From: an uncultured bacterium
Lineage (GTDB): Bacteria; JAGOEH01
NCBI GenBank assembly: GCA_964632485.1
Contig: CAZWDO010000017.1
Span: forward strand, 1-64,000
Length of the DNA: 64,000 nucleotides
Reading direction: 5' to 3'
In this document: in pieces, positions 1 to 9,607 of the stretch
Layout: the number at the start of each line of letters is the position of its first letter
Position numbering within the stretch: position 1 is the first letter of the stretch
Notes under the pieces: model-generated
What the model saw: the letters and a program-made list of their open reading frames with translations, nothing else
Told to the model about the DNA's origin: nothing
Database searches by the model: none
Translations under genes and position numbers: made by a program

Positions 1-1
1 G

Positions 2-571
2 CCGAAACCGGACAACACTCGAACCGTGGTTTTCAACGAAGACGAGTTTAATCTTATGTTGAAAAATTGTAACGGCGATAAAGCCCATCTCAAGCCGATT
101 CTGATTATTGCGGCATTGACCGGGATGCGCAAGAACGAATTGTTGAGCCTGCGATACGATCGTATTGATTTTGACAGCAAGGTTGTGCATTTGGCTGAAA
201 CAAAAAGCGGCGTGGCTCAGGATGTCTATTTATGCGATGCCGCCATTGAAGAATTATCGCAGATGCGGTCGATGGCAAAGGATAAAAAAGGTTTTATATT
301 TTTGTATCATGGGAAGCAGATCAAGGATGTTAAGACTGCCTTTCGAAAACTACTCAAAGAATGTGGTTTGGAGGGCAAAGGCTATCGCTTCCATGATACC
401 CGCAGCTTTTTCTGTACGGAATTGATTAAGCGGGGCACCAATGTCGAAGCGGTTCGTAATTTAGCCCGGCATAAAGACGTCAATACAACCATACGCTACG
501 TCCGTATGACCGAATCTGATCTCAACAATGCGGTCAATGCGATGAATAATGTTTTTAAGGCAAATCGATAG
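2..571 (+). CDS. Tyrosine recombinase / phage-type integrase, C-terminal catalytic part (5'-truncated by window edge)
   Basis: Frame is open from base 2. Catalytic motifs LTGMRKNELL (R), FHDTR (HxxR), LARH...TTIRY (H, Y). Lies next to a tRNA 3' end. Confidence 0.93.
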   Translation, partial: PKPDNTRTVVFNEDEFNLMLKNCNGDKAHLKPILIIAALTGMRKNELLSLRYDRIDFDSKVVHLAETKSGVAQDVYLCDAAIEELSQMRSMAKDKKGFIFLYHGKQIKDVKTAFRKLLKECGLEGKGYRFHDTRSFFCTELIKRGTNVEAVRNLARHKDVNTTIRYVRMTESDLNNAVNAMNNVFKANR

Positions 572-588
572 AATCTATTGCTAATGAG

Positions 589-625
589 TGTCATAGTGGG
601 TCAAATTCCTCCTATGACAATTTTT
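589..625 (+). terminator. Putative intrinsic terminator after the integrase
   Basis: TGTCATAG (589-596) / CTATGACA (612-619) inverted repeat followed by ATTTTT. Confidence 0.45.
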
Positions 626-676
626 AATCGATTATTTAAATTTGTATTTAGCAAATTTAAATTCCATTCACAATTC

Positions 677-696
677 TGGTCACCATTTGGTCACCA
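677..696. repeat. Direct repeat TGGTCACCA x2 (11-bp period), candidate integrase arm-type sites
   Basis: TGGTCACCA at 677-685 and 688-696, between integrase and tRNA. Confidence 0.55.
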
Positions 697-809
697 ACTA
701 CATTGGAACCGTTGTAATAATTGGTTATGGGAAAATGGGCTTAACCCTCTCAATAGCATAGAGAAATCCCCAAAAATCATAATTTCAGGTATAATTGATA
801 AAACATGCC

Positions 810-838
810 AAAAAACCCTCTTTTAAAGGGCTCTTTTT
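810..838 (-). terminator. Putative terminator downstream of tRNA-Arg
   Basis: Minus strand reads AAAAAGAGCCCT-TTAAAAG-AGGG-TTTTTT (hairpin plus U tract). Confidence 0.5.
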
Positions 839-867
839 ATGTCTTAAGTCTATGTCTTTCATTGGGA

Positions 868-941
868 TGCACCCGAAGAGATTCGAACCCCTAACCTTCT
901 GATCCGTAGTCAGATGCTCTATCCAGTTGAGCTACGGGTGC
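868..941 (-). tRNA. tRNA-Arg (anticodon ACG), CCA not encoded
   Basis: Minus strand GCACCCGTAGCTCAACTGGATAGAGCATCTGACTACGGATCAGAAGGTTAGGGGTTCGAATCTCTTCGGGTGCA. Acceptor stem GCACCCG/CGGGTGC, anticodon loop CT-ACG-GA, T loop TTCGAAT. Confidence 0.97.
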
Positions 942-955
942 ATTTAATTTATTTT

Positions 956-984
956 AATATACGCATTTTTTGCATTTATGTCAA
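956..984 (-). promoter_or_regulatory. sigma70-type promoter of tRNA-Arg
   Basis: TTGACA-N17-TATATT on the minus strand just upstream of the tRNA. Confidence 0.8.
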
Positions 985-1149
985 GAGCTTTTTTTTTGAT
1001 TTTATTTATTACTTGCTTTTTTCGAGAAAATTTATTAATTTAAGCTTTGTTGAAACTGATTTTGCAGCAAGCGAGATTCTTCTAAACTGTAGAATTTAGA
1101 TTTCTGAAGGGGAAGAGTCCGATTTTAACTATAGGATGAAAGGTCATGA

Positions 1150-3861
1150 ATGCCGATGCGGCTGCTTATTGTTGAAGATGAAATGATTATTGCTCTTGAT
1201 TTACGGCTACGGTTAGAGCGTTTTGGCCATGAAGTGGTGGGTATTGCCATGAATAGTGAAGAAGCGCTTGAACTTTGCGGTAAAAAAAAGCCGGATATTA
1301 TTTTAATGGATATTCATATAAAAGGTTCCAAAGATGGAATCGAAACGACCCAATTAATTCAGCAGCAATTTAATGTTCCGATTGTATATCTTACCGGCAG
1401 CGCCGGCGAAGATGTTATGCAGCGTGCCTTTAAAACAGAGCCTTTCGGCTACTTGATCAAACCTTTTTCCGATTCGGATTTAAAGGTAGTCATTGATTTC
1501 GCTATATTTAAATTTCAGATCAATGAACAATTGACAAAACAACAGGAGTTTTATTTCCATGTATTTTCGAGCATGGATGAGGGAATTGTTACCACCGATT
1601 TAGCGGGCAATATCACGTTTATGAATTTTGCAGCGGAAAAAATACTGGGAATTAAAACTGCCGAGGCCATCCATAATTCAGTCTTATCCTACTTTCAGTT
1701 TTCGGCCCGAAATGTCCCGATTTGTAGCAATTCAATCATGCAAACGGTGATAGAAAGCGGCCAATTAATCCACCTTGACTCAACGAGTAAGATTATTTCA
1801 TGTGAGAAGGGCGAACGTTTTATTGACGGCCGCATCGCCACCTTGCAGGATCATATTTCAAACGTCAAGGGTACGGTTATCGTTTTCCGCGACGTGACGG
1901 AACAGCGATTGACTGAAAATCGGTTTCGTATTTTCTCACAAATTATCGATCAACCCCTTAGTATGGTTTATATTCTCGATAATGAGGGGAAAATTTCTTT
2001 TGCTAACCAGAGCTCGTTGGACAAAACCCAATTTGGATTAAAGGATTTAGTGGGCCGCTCATTTGAATCCCTTCTCACTCCCAATATGATAGAAACCAAA
2101 AATTCCGCTATCTGGCAAGCGTTGAGGCGCGCTGAACCCTGGCAGGGAGAACTGGAAATAGTTCGACGCGATTCGACTACCTATTGGGAATATGCTATGA
2201 TTGCGCCAGTTCGTAACGCTAATGATAAAATTACCGATTATGTTAAAATTTCTCTCGATATTTCTGATAAAAAAAGAATGGAGCTGGAGCTTCAAACAGC
2301 AAAGCTGCAAGCCGAAACAGCAAATCGCGCGAAAAGTAATTTTTTAGCGAACATCAGCCATGAAATTCGCACTCCCATGAATGGAATAATCGGGATGGCT
2401 GAACTCCTGAATAATTCTCCTTTGAATGAGAGTCAAAAAAAATATATTGATATGTTGAAACAATCTGCCAGTTGGCTTCATCATATTCTGGATGATATAC
2501 TCGACTTAACGCGCATCGAGGCTGATCGATTCTCAATTTTCCCCAATTTATTTAATCCTCACTCCGTGTTTAAAGAATCATTGGATATCTATACGATCCA
2601 AGCCAGCCAAAAAAAACTGGGGTACCAGTACTTTATCGATCCGAAACTTCCCGATGCTCTTTTGGGCGATATACGACGCATCAACCAGGTTATTCACAAC
2701 CTGTTGGATAATGCCCTTAAATTTACTGAAAATGGTGGCGTTCTTGTGCGCATTTTAAAAGAAGATAAACAGAATTTTCCTGCTAATATTCTGATTGAAG
2801 TGCGTGATACGGGAATCGGCATCAACGAAGAGCGCAATGATTCTGTTTTTGAGATATTCACTCAATTGGACGGCTCGTTTACCCGACGATATGGTGGTAC
2901 TGGATTGGGGCTCTATATTTCCAAACAACTGGTCTATTTAATGAAGGGCGAAATCTGGTTCGAAAGGAATGAAAACCAGGGAACCACTTTTTTTGTCCGG
3001 TTGCCTCTAACTATGGAATACAATAAAAAGGTAACTCCATCTTGCCTCGAAGATAAGCAAAAAACCATTCCGATTAAATCTCCTCATCTTTTAGTCGCCG
3101 AAGATAATTATATCAACCAGGTAGTTATCAAAAATATGCTGCTTTCCAGAGGATATCAAATCAGCGTTGTGGAAAATGGCCAGCAAGCGGTGGATACTTG
3201 CAAAGAAAATGATTTTGATCTTATTCTGATGGATATTTTAATGCCGGTGATGGATGGCTTGGAAGCCACCCGGCTCATCCGGGCGATGAAAAATCGTCCG
3301 GTCTCAAGGGTTCCTATCTTAGCTGTTACCGCTTATAGCAACCAGGAGGATCGCTTACGCTTGTTGGAGACAGGTATCGACGATATTATTACTAAACCGA
3401 TTGATTCGGAAGAACTGTTTACAAAACTGGATCAACTATTCAGCGCGGAAACCGAAACTATCGATAGAGATAGATCGGCAACTCCAGAAATCCCGGAAGA
3501 TCTGCCGATTTTAAATTGGCCTTTAGTACTGAAACGTTTGAACAATGATCAATATCTTTCCCGGATGGTTGTAGATATATTCATGCAGGATATGCCCCGT
3601 CAGGTGGCGTTGTTGGAAGTGTATTTTGAAAAAATGGATTTGGAAAAAATCGTTTTTCAGGCGCATTCACTAAAAACAGCTTGCGCCAATGTCGGAGGGG
3701 AACGCGCTGCAGAACAGGCGCGTCAAATTGAAAATGAAACGACCCAGAATCAGGATTGGATACGTTTATTAATGCTTAAACGAAGATTTAGATTGGAATT
3801 CGATCATTTGCTGGAAGAATTGAAACGATCCGTTTTGAATAATTTTGATACTGATTCTTAA
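1150..3861 (+). CDS. Cytoplasmic hybrid sensor histidine kinase (REC-PAS-PAS-HisKA-HATPase-REC-Hpt)
   Basis: N-terminal receiver (LIVEDE, DIILMDI, KPF); two PAS/PAC domains; FLANISHEIRTPMNG H-box; N/G1/F/G2 boxes (GGTGLGL); second receiver; Hpt AHSLK; no TM segment. Confidence 0.93.
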   Translation: MPMRLLIVEDEMIIALDLRLRLERFGHEVVGIAMNSEEALELCGKKKPDIILMDIHIKGSKDGIETTQLIQQQFNVPIVYLTGSAGEDVMQRAFKTEPFGYLIKPFSDSDLKVVIDFAIFKFQINEQLTKQQEFYFHVFSSMDEGIVTTDLAGNITFMNFAAEKILGIKTAEAIHNSVLSYFQFSARNVPICSNSIMQTVIESGQLIHLDSTSKIISCEKGERFIDGRIATLQDHISNVKGTVIVFRDVTEQRLTENRFRIFSQIIDQPLSMVYILDNEGKISFANQSSLDKTQFGLKDLVGRSFESLLTPNMIETKNSAIWQALRRAEPWQGELEIVRRDSTTYWEYAMIAPVRNANDKITDYVKISLDISDKKRMELELQTAKLQAETANRAKSNFLANISHEIRTPMNGIIGMAELLNNSPLNESQKKYIDMLKQSASWLHHILDDILDLTRIEADRFSIFPNLFNPHSVFKESLDIYTIQASQKKLGYQYFIDPKLPDALLGDIRRINQVIHNLLDNALKFTENGGVLVRILKEDKQNFPANILIEVRDTGIGINEERNDSVFEIFTQLDGSFTRRYGGTGLGLYISKQLVYLMKGEIWFERNENQGTTFFVRLPLTMEYNKKVTPSCLEDKQKTIPIKSPHLLVAEDNYINQVVIKNMLLSRGYQISVVENGQQAVDTCKENDFDLILMDILMPVMDGLEATRLIRAMKNRPVSRVPILAVTAYSNQEDRLRLLETGIDDIITKPIDSEELFTKLDQLFSAETETIDRDRSATPEIPEDLPILNWPLVLKRLNNDQYLSRMVVDIFMQDMPRQVALLEVYFEKMDLEKIVFQAHSLKTACANVGGERAAEQARQIENETTQNQDWIRLLMLKRRFRLEFDHLLEELKRSVLNNFDTDS

Positions 3862-3878
3862 ATAAATAAGGAGTCTGA

Positions 3879-5735
3879 ATGAATCGAAGTTTTCTATCAC
3901 TTTTGGAATCGAAACAAGTGATTATTTTTGATGGCGCAATGGGGACTATGCTCTATAAAAACGGTATTTTTTTTAATCGGTGTTATGAAGAAGTCAATTT
4001 ATCAATGCCCGAACTCGTGGAACGTATTCATCGTTCTTATATAGAGGCCGGCGCCCGGGTTGTTGAAACCAATACCTTTGGCGCCAATCGCTTCAAACTT
4101 ACTCAATATGGCCTTGAAGACAAGGTCCGGGAAATTAACCTTGCCGGCGCTCAAATCGCCCGTCGGGCAGCAGGCGATAATGGCTACGTTGCCGGATCAA
4201 TCGGCCCTTTAGGATCTCTCGTTTTTCCCAAAGGTAAAATCAAACCTGAGCAAGCAATGGAGGCTTTTCGCGAACAAATTTCCGCCCTGCTGGAAGGCAA
4301 TGTGGATTTGTTAATTATTGAGACGTTTCGTGATATTGATGAATTGCTGCTTGCTATCCGGGCAGCGCGCGATGTTTCTGAATTGCCGATTATTGCGTCT
4401 TTGACGTTTTCCGAGGAAGGTCCAACTATATTTGGCGTTACTCCTGAACAAGCCGCAGAGATTCTTTGCGACCAACCGATCGCTGCCCTCGGCTTAAATT
4501 GCGCAGTTGGCCCTAAACCGATGCTGGATAATTTGATGCGGATGGCAGGGCAGTGTTGCAAACCTATTTCGGTTATGCCCAATGCCGGTTTTCCTCAATT
4601 AGTGAGCGACCGCTTGTTCTATGCGACCAGCCCGGAATATTTTGCTGAATATGCCCGCAGGTTTGTACAGATGGGCGCTCAAATCGTCGGCGGTTGTTGC
4701 GGTTCGACTCCGGAACATATTCGTGAAATTCATAATATATTGGGGGTCCATCTAAAACAGCCTCCCATTGAAAATATTTGTTTGACAGAGGTCAAAAAAG
4801 AGCATGAAAAAATTGTGCAACCAGTGGGAATGGTTCCTAAACTTCTAAAAGAAAAATCGCTCTTTGGCGCTAAATTGGGCCAGGAATTCGTCTTTTCTGT
4901 TGAAATCACTCCCCCTCGCGGCGCTGATTTAACGACTATTCTGGAAACTGTGAAAATTCTTAAGGATAGCGGGGTTGATGCTATTAATATTCCCGATAGC
5001 CCCCGCGCTTCGGCCCGCATGAATCCCATGGCAATGGCCACAATTATTAATCAAAAAGTCAATATCCAGACGATTTGGCATTATACCTGCCGGGATAAAA
5101 GCCTGATCGGCATCCAGGCTGATATGCTCGGCGCGGATGCCCTGGGCCTTAGAAATCTTCTGCTGATCACCGGTGATCCCCCCAAATTGGGCGATTACCC
5201 CAATAGCACCGGTGTGTTTGATGTAGATTCTATTGGTTTAGTGCGTATCGTAAATAACCTGAATCAGGGTATCGATTTAGCCGGTAATCAATTGAAAAAC
5301 CAATCCTCCTTTGTCATTGGTGTGGGCGCCAACCCCGCCGCTATTAATTTTGAGGAGGAATTGAACCGAACTATCCTCAAGATCAAAACCGGCGCTGAAT
5401 TTATCCTGACTCAGCCCGTATATGAAATGGATAAACTTCAACGACTCCTGGATGGGATTGCGGGCTATAATATCCCGGTGCTGGTTGGCATTATGCCTCT
5501 TTCCTCTTATAAAATGGCTGAGTTTATGCATAACGAAGTCCCGGGTATGTTTATTCCAGAATCAATACGGAACGCGCTAAAACAAGCGCCCGATAAGGAA
5601 AAAGCGGCTGAAATCGGAATGCGGGTTGCGTTGGATATCCTTACGCAGGCCAAATCTAACGTTCAGGGCGCGTATGTGATGATGCCACTCGGTAATCACC
5701 GCCGCTCACTTGAAATTATTCAGCATTTTCGTTAA
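3879..5735 (+). CDS. yitJ: Bifunctional homocysteine S-methyltransferase / methylenetetrahydrofolate reductase (YitJ-like)
   Basis: DGAMGT, ETNTFGANR, GLNC, GGCCG Zn motif; C-terminal MTHFR domain (VEITPP, DSPRA, HYTCRD, ITGDPP, TQPVY). Confidence 0.9.
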   Translation: MNRSFLSLLESKQVIIFDGAMGTMLYKNGIFFNRCYEEVNLSMPELVERIHRSYIEAGARVVETNTFGANRFKLTQYGLEDKVREINLAGAQIARRAAGDNGYVAGSIGPLGSLVFPKGKIKPEQAMEAFREQISALLEGNVDLLIIETFRDIDELLLAIRAARDVSELPIIASLTFSEEGPTIFGVTPEQAAEILCDQPIAALGLNCAVGPKPMLDNLMRMAGQCCKPISVMPNAGFPQLVSDRLFYATSPEYFAEYARRFVQMGAQIVGGCCGSTPEHIREIHNILGVHLKQPPIENICLTEVKKEHEKIVQPVGMVPKLLKEKSLFGAKLGQEFVFSVEITPPRGADLTTILETVKILKDSGVDAINIPDSPRASARMNPMAMATIINQKVNIQTIWHYTCRDKSLIGIQADMLGADALGLRNLLLITGDPPKLGDYPNSTGVFDVDSIGLVRIVNNLNQGIDLAGNQLKNQSSFVIGVGANPAAINFEEELNRTILKIKTGAEFILTQPVYEMDKLQRLLDGIAGYNIPVLVGIMPLSSYKMAEFMHNEVPGMFIPESIRNALKQAPDKEKAAEIGMRVALDILTQAKSNVQGAYVMMPLGNHRRSLEIIQHFR

Positions 5736-7233
5736 AGGGTATTGTCAGTTGAAAACCGGGTTATCGAGACTTCATTGGCAATGGCTCTTATTTAGTATCG
5801 CTGCATTCGTTTTAGCCTTGCCCCCTTTTTCCCTATTCCCCCTGGCTTTTGTGATGTTGGTTCCTCTTGGGAGATTTTTTGAAAAAGCGCGTGAACAATC
5901 TCTTTCTCTGGGGTGGTATTTTCTTAATGGTTGGTTTTGGGGGTTTTGGTTTTCCGCTTTCACTCTTTTTTGGATTGTCCATGTTACTTCCATCGGTTTA
6001 GTCCCGCTTTTTTTCGTTGAAGGCGCATTATATGGTGTGATTTTTTGGATAACTGCCTGGTTTGGGCGTCGTTACCATAATCCGGCTCTGATTTCGCTTA
6101 TTTTAGTTCTGAATTGGGCCGTTATGGATTATCTCCGGAGTCTGACCATTATCGCCTTTCCCTGGAATCTCTTGGGATCGCCCCTGCATGCTATTTTGCC
6201 CTTCATTCAGATCGCGGATATCGGGGGAGTGTGGCTGGTCGGATTTTGGGTGGGGTTGATCAATTGGCTCTTTTATCTTTTATGGCGTGGATTTTATCGA
6301 CGTCGGATCGTACTTTCTATTCTGATTCTGCTGATCACTCTTTGCGGCGGATATGGATTATTCCGACTAAATACGTTACACTATGACTTATCTTCTTTTA
6401 AAATTGGTTTAATCCAGGGGAATATTGATCAGGATCAGAAATGGAATCGCGGATTCATTGCGGGCACATTTTCCAAATATGCCCGATTGTCGCGCAAGGC
6501 CGCGGAACAGGGCGCCGATTTAATTGTATGGCCTGAAACGGCGGCAACCTGTTATTTGCGGTATCATTCTTTTTTTCTGGATAGTCTGGCGAATCTGGCC
6601 AGGGAATTGAAACGGCCGATTTATACCGGAAGTCTCGATTTTTTTCTTGATAGCGCTTATAACGCGGCCTTTGGAATTGACACAACGGGCCGCATTATTT
6701 TTTCATATAATAAAATCAATCTGGTCCCCTTTGGTGAGCGTATTCCTTTTTCAGACCATTTCCCGATATTAAACACCTTCGATTTTGGCCAGGGAAGTTT
6801 TAATTATGGGCGTGAGATGAAACTGGCTGAATTTCAGGGGAAAAAATTCCCGACGTTGATTTGTTATGAAATTATATTCCCGGAGCTGACTCGGAATTTT
6901 GTGAATCTGGGGGCTGATTTTATTGTTAATATAACCAATGATGCCTGGTTTGGGCGTTATTCTGCTCCGGAACAACATGCGTTTTTAATGCCGTTTCGCG
7001 CCATTGAAAATCGCATCGGAATCGCCCGGGTCGCCAATACGGGATATACATTTTTCGTCGATCCCGACGGCTCTGTCAATCAATTGACTCATTTGTTTCA
7101 GGATACGGTGGTCGTACGCGAGATCGCCTTGAAAAACGGCGCCACTTTATATGAAAAATGGGGGGATTGGGCGCCCTGGCTATGCTTATGCGGACTGGCG
7201 CTTTTATCTATCGTCGCGATTCTTTTTAAATAG
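5710..7233 (+). CDS. lnt: Apolipoprotein N-acyltransferase
   Basis: Multi-TM N-terminus, FPW motif, QGNI, VWPETA (E), YNK..LVPFGE (K), ICYE (C), TNDAWFG, RAIENR, NTG. Confidence 0.93.
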   Translation: MKLFSIFVKGYCQLKTGLSRLHWQWLLFSIAAFVLALPPFSLFPLAFVMLVPLGRFFEKAREQSLSLGWYFLNGWFWGFWFSAFTLFWIVHVTSIGLVPLFFVEGALYGVIFWITAWFGRRYHNPALISLILVLNWAVMDYLRSLTIIAFPWNLLGSPLHAILPFIQIADIGGVWLVGFWVGLINWLFYLLWRGFYRRRIVLSILILLITLCGGYGLFRLNTLHYDLSSFKIGLIQGNIDQDQKWNRGFIAGTFSKYARLSRKAAEQGADLIVWPETAATCYLRYHSFFLDSLANLARELKRPIYTGSLDFFLDSAYNAAFGIDTTGRIIFSYNKINLVPFGERIPFSDHFPILNTFDFGQGSFNYGREMKLAEFQGKKFPTLICYEIIFPELTRNFVNLGADFIVNITNDAWFGRYSAPEQHAFLMPFRAIENRIGIARVANTGYTFFVDPDGSVNQLTHLFQDTVVVREIALKNGATLYEKWGDWAPWLCLCGLALLSIVAILFK

Positions 7234-7271
7234 AATCTATTCATAAATCAATCGATAGCTGATTCCGTTTA

Positions 7272-9494
7272 TTATGGAGTCAGCGGATCGTTAACGCCAT
7301 AGGTTATGCGTTTTATCGTTTTTTGAGCTTCCTGCTTTAACGCTGCCGGCGTGTTGGGGCTTTGGATTAATTCCCGGCACAATGAAACTATTGGCCCGCG
7401 TTGCCGCGAAAAGGTGAACCATCCCAGCATCTCAACGGTGGCTATCCGGAATTCTTCTTCGATTTTGGGATTCTTTGCAAAATCGATAAATCCCTCAACA
7501 AAGCCATGAACTCGGTTATTCCGAAAAGACCTGATGGAATTGAGCCGTTTTTTGGCGCTTAAGGAATCATTCAGAATTGCCTGATATTCAAGGATAAAGT
7601 AATCATCCGATTTATTGGTATTTTCACGAAAACGGTAATGGTTATTGAGTTGGTCGCTCCAATAAATTGGGATTTGTTTCAATGAATCAGCGCAATTTAT
7701 CACGTCCCTTGGAAAGAATCGGTCCAAAGCATTGCGGGCGTTGAAACGGACACGCTCGGAAATATCAACGGTCGCCGCCCGGATCAGGAGAGGAATATAT
7801 TCATTATAGCCGATGTCGCCCATCCAGACCACGGACTTGCGACGGATCATTTCATACGGATCATCAAGAGTCTGAGCCAGAATCTCTTCAAAGGCAGTGG
7901 AACGAGTACGCGCTAATAATTTCATTATTTGCAAGCGTACAATCCCGGATTTTTCTGAAAAATACCAGAGAACTAAACGGGAAATCGCTTTTTCCCCATG
8001 TAGATTCAATAAAGATTTTGCCGCTAACGCGCGTTCGATCGGATAATCGGATTTAATCATTTTTTCAATTTCTTCCGGGTGGATCTGATTGTTTAAAAAA
8101 CGTTCAATAATGGGGAGCCGATCATCGCTTTGGAAACAAAAAGTAGGGTCGCCAATAATATGTGATTCTAAATAGGCGCGGGTTTTATGCCATTGTCCGA
8201 TACGAAGCCCGTGGCTGAGCATCCCGACTCCTTCATTAGCCCAAATATCCTGGAGTACATTCACTGTATTGGCAATGCCTGCTAATGAATTACCGTCGTT
8301 ATAAATATAGGCACCTGCAATATAGCCGGAATCCTCAATAAAGCGCCCATTAAAGCATTCATCAAAAATGATCATTCGGGGGTTAGGTTTAATTTCGCGG
8401 ATATCTTTGAGATAAATATCCCTATTATAGGCGTACAATGAATCGCTAATAAATATTGAGTCGTCAAAGGCGCCGTTAAACCAATCCGCAGGAATTTCCA
8501 ATTGATCCATCAGCCGATTTTTTTCGAGCTCTATATCTTTTTCTTTATCACGGAGGGATCTCAATCTGTTGCGCAAAAGCCGTTTTACTTCCATTACGTG
8601 CTCATTGATGGCGGATACAACCGGTTCGCCTAATAAAAACTGGTTTTCCGGCGACCCGTGGGCATGAAATACCGCCAGATCATATTTGTCGTTTTCCAAT
8701 TCCTTCAAAATAATGCGCTTTAAATTCTGGGTCATGCTATGGTAGTAATAGTTCAATCCTCCGTTGGGTTGATAAAACTGGGGAAATTGATCATAGAGGC
8801 TTAACAGTTCGCCTTCCCAGGCGCTCAATGCTTCCGAATGATATCCCTGTCCGGCGATAAAAAGCGCTCTGTTCAGCGCTTCTTTTTTCCCTTTATACGC
8901 AATCACTTTTTGTAGATACCCTTTAATGGAAGCGATTGATTCGGCATCGGACCCCCCGGGATAAATCCGCCCGCTATAAAGTTCCTTTTCGATGTATTGA
9001 GGGGATTGCGATGATAGTGAATAATAAAAAAGCAGGGGATGGGCGCTGTCCTGACAGATGAAATCAAATTGCAGATCGAAATCTTCATAAAACCGGTCGG
9101 AAGGCACTGAAGAGCGTATCATGGGATAGCGGGTCTGGTCCATTTTAAATGCTGAAGTGAGGTGTTGCGCATCGCGCAGCATGGGTACCGGGATTTTTCC
9201 GATAAAAACAACTCCCTCGAGACGCGGGGAAGCCTGATTAATTGCTTGTATCGTATTCTTGATGGATTCCGGGTTTTTCCAGAAATCTGCGGCGATCCAA
9301 ACTGACAATCCCTCTTTTTCAATAGCGTCCCGGTATTGTCTGATTTCCTTTTTAGCTTCATCCCAGGTTTTCTGGTCAACTATGATCGCAAAAGCCGATT
9401 TTCCTTCATGGCGCGGTTCTTCATAAATGGTTTGCGCTGCTAATAACCCGCTTAATAGTATTAAACTAATTAAAAACCAGAGGGATAGTTTCAT
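7272..9494 (-). CDS. Exported gingipain/peptidase C25-like protein with C-terminal HEAT-like repeats
   Basis: Signal peptide; C25-like motifs VFIGKIP, PSDRFY, ELYSGRI, FHAHGS (His), IFDECFNG (Cys), IIGDP; C-terminal helical repeats (LDDPYEMIRR, ISERVRFNA). Confidence 0.7.
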   Translation of the reverse strand: MKLSLWFLISLILLSGLLAAQTIYEEPRHEGKSAFAIIVDQKTWDEAKKEIRQYRDAIEKEGLSVWIAADFWKNPESIKNTIQAINQASPRLEGVVFIGKIPVPMLRDAQHLTSAFKMDQTRYPMIRSSVPSDRFYEDFDLQFDFICQDSAHPLLFYYSLSSQSPQYIEKELYSGRIYPGGSDAESIASIKGYLQKVIAYKGKKEALNRALFIAGQGYHSEALSAWEGELLSLYDQFPQFYQPNGGLNYYYHSMTQNLKRIILKELENDKYDLAVFHAHGSPENQFLLGEPVVSAINEHVMEVKRLLRNRLRSLRDKEKDIELEKNRLMDQLEIPADWFNGAFDDSIFISDSLYAYNRDIYLKDIREIKPNPRMIIFDECFNGRFIEDSGYIAGAYIYNDGNSLAGIANTVNVLQDIWANEGVGMLSHGLRIGQWHKTRAYLESHIIGDPTFCFQSDDRLPIIERFLNNQIHPEEIEKMIKSDYPIERALAAKSLLNLHGEKAISRLVLWYFSEKSGIVRLQIMKLLARTRSTAFEEILAQTLDDPYEMIRRKSVVWMGDIGYNEYIPLLIRAATVDISERVRFNARNALDRFFPRDVINCADSLKQIPIYWSDQLNNHYRFRENTNKSDDYFILEYQAILNDSLSAKKRLNSIRSFRNNRVHGFVEGFIDFAKNPKIEEEFRIATVEMLGWFTFSRQRGPIVSLCRELIQSPNTPAALKQEAQKTIKRITYGVNDPLTP

Positions 9495-9607
9495 AAACGC
9501 TCCTGATCGTTAAGGGTACTTGTTCCTATTAAGTATTTTCCGCAAAGAATCAATTTTTGGTAGAAAAGAAAATCGTGGGATAAATGAAGTGACCGCATCT
9601 GTCGAAT

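Larger units (their letters stand above)
1..900. mobile_element. Right end / att junction of an integrative element (prophage or genomic island) inserted at the 3' end of tRNA-Arg
   Basis: Integrase converges on the tRNA 3' end about 300 bp away, with arm-site-like direct repeats between them. The other att site is outside the window. Confidence 0.72.

Noticed and set aside
578-1099. ORFs 578-826 and 914-1099
   Set aside because: AT-rich att/promoter DNA; the second overlaps the tRNA; no protein features.
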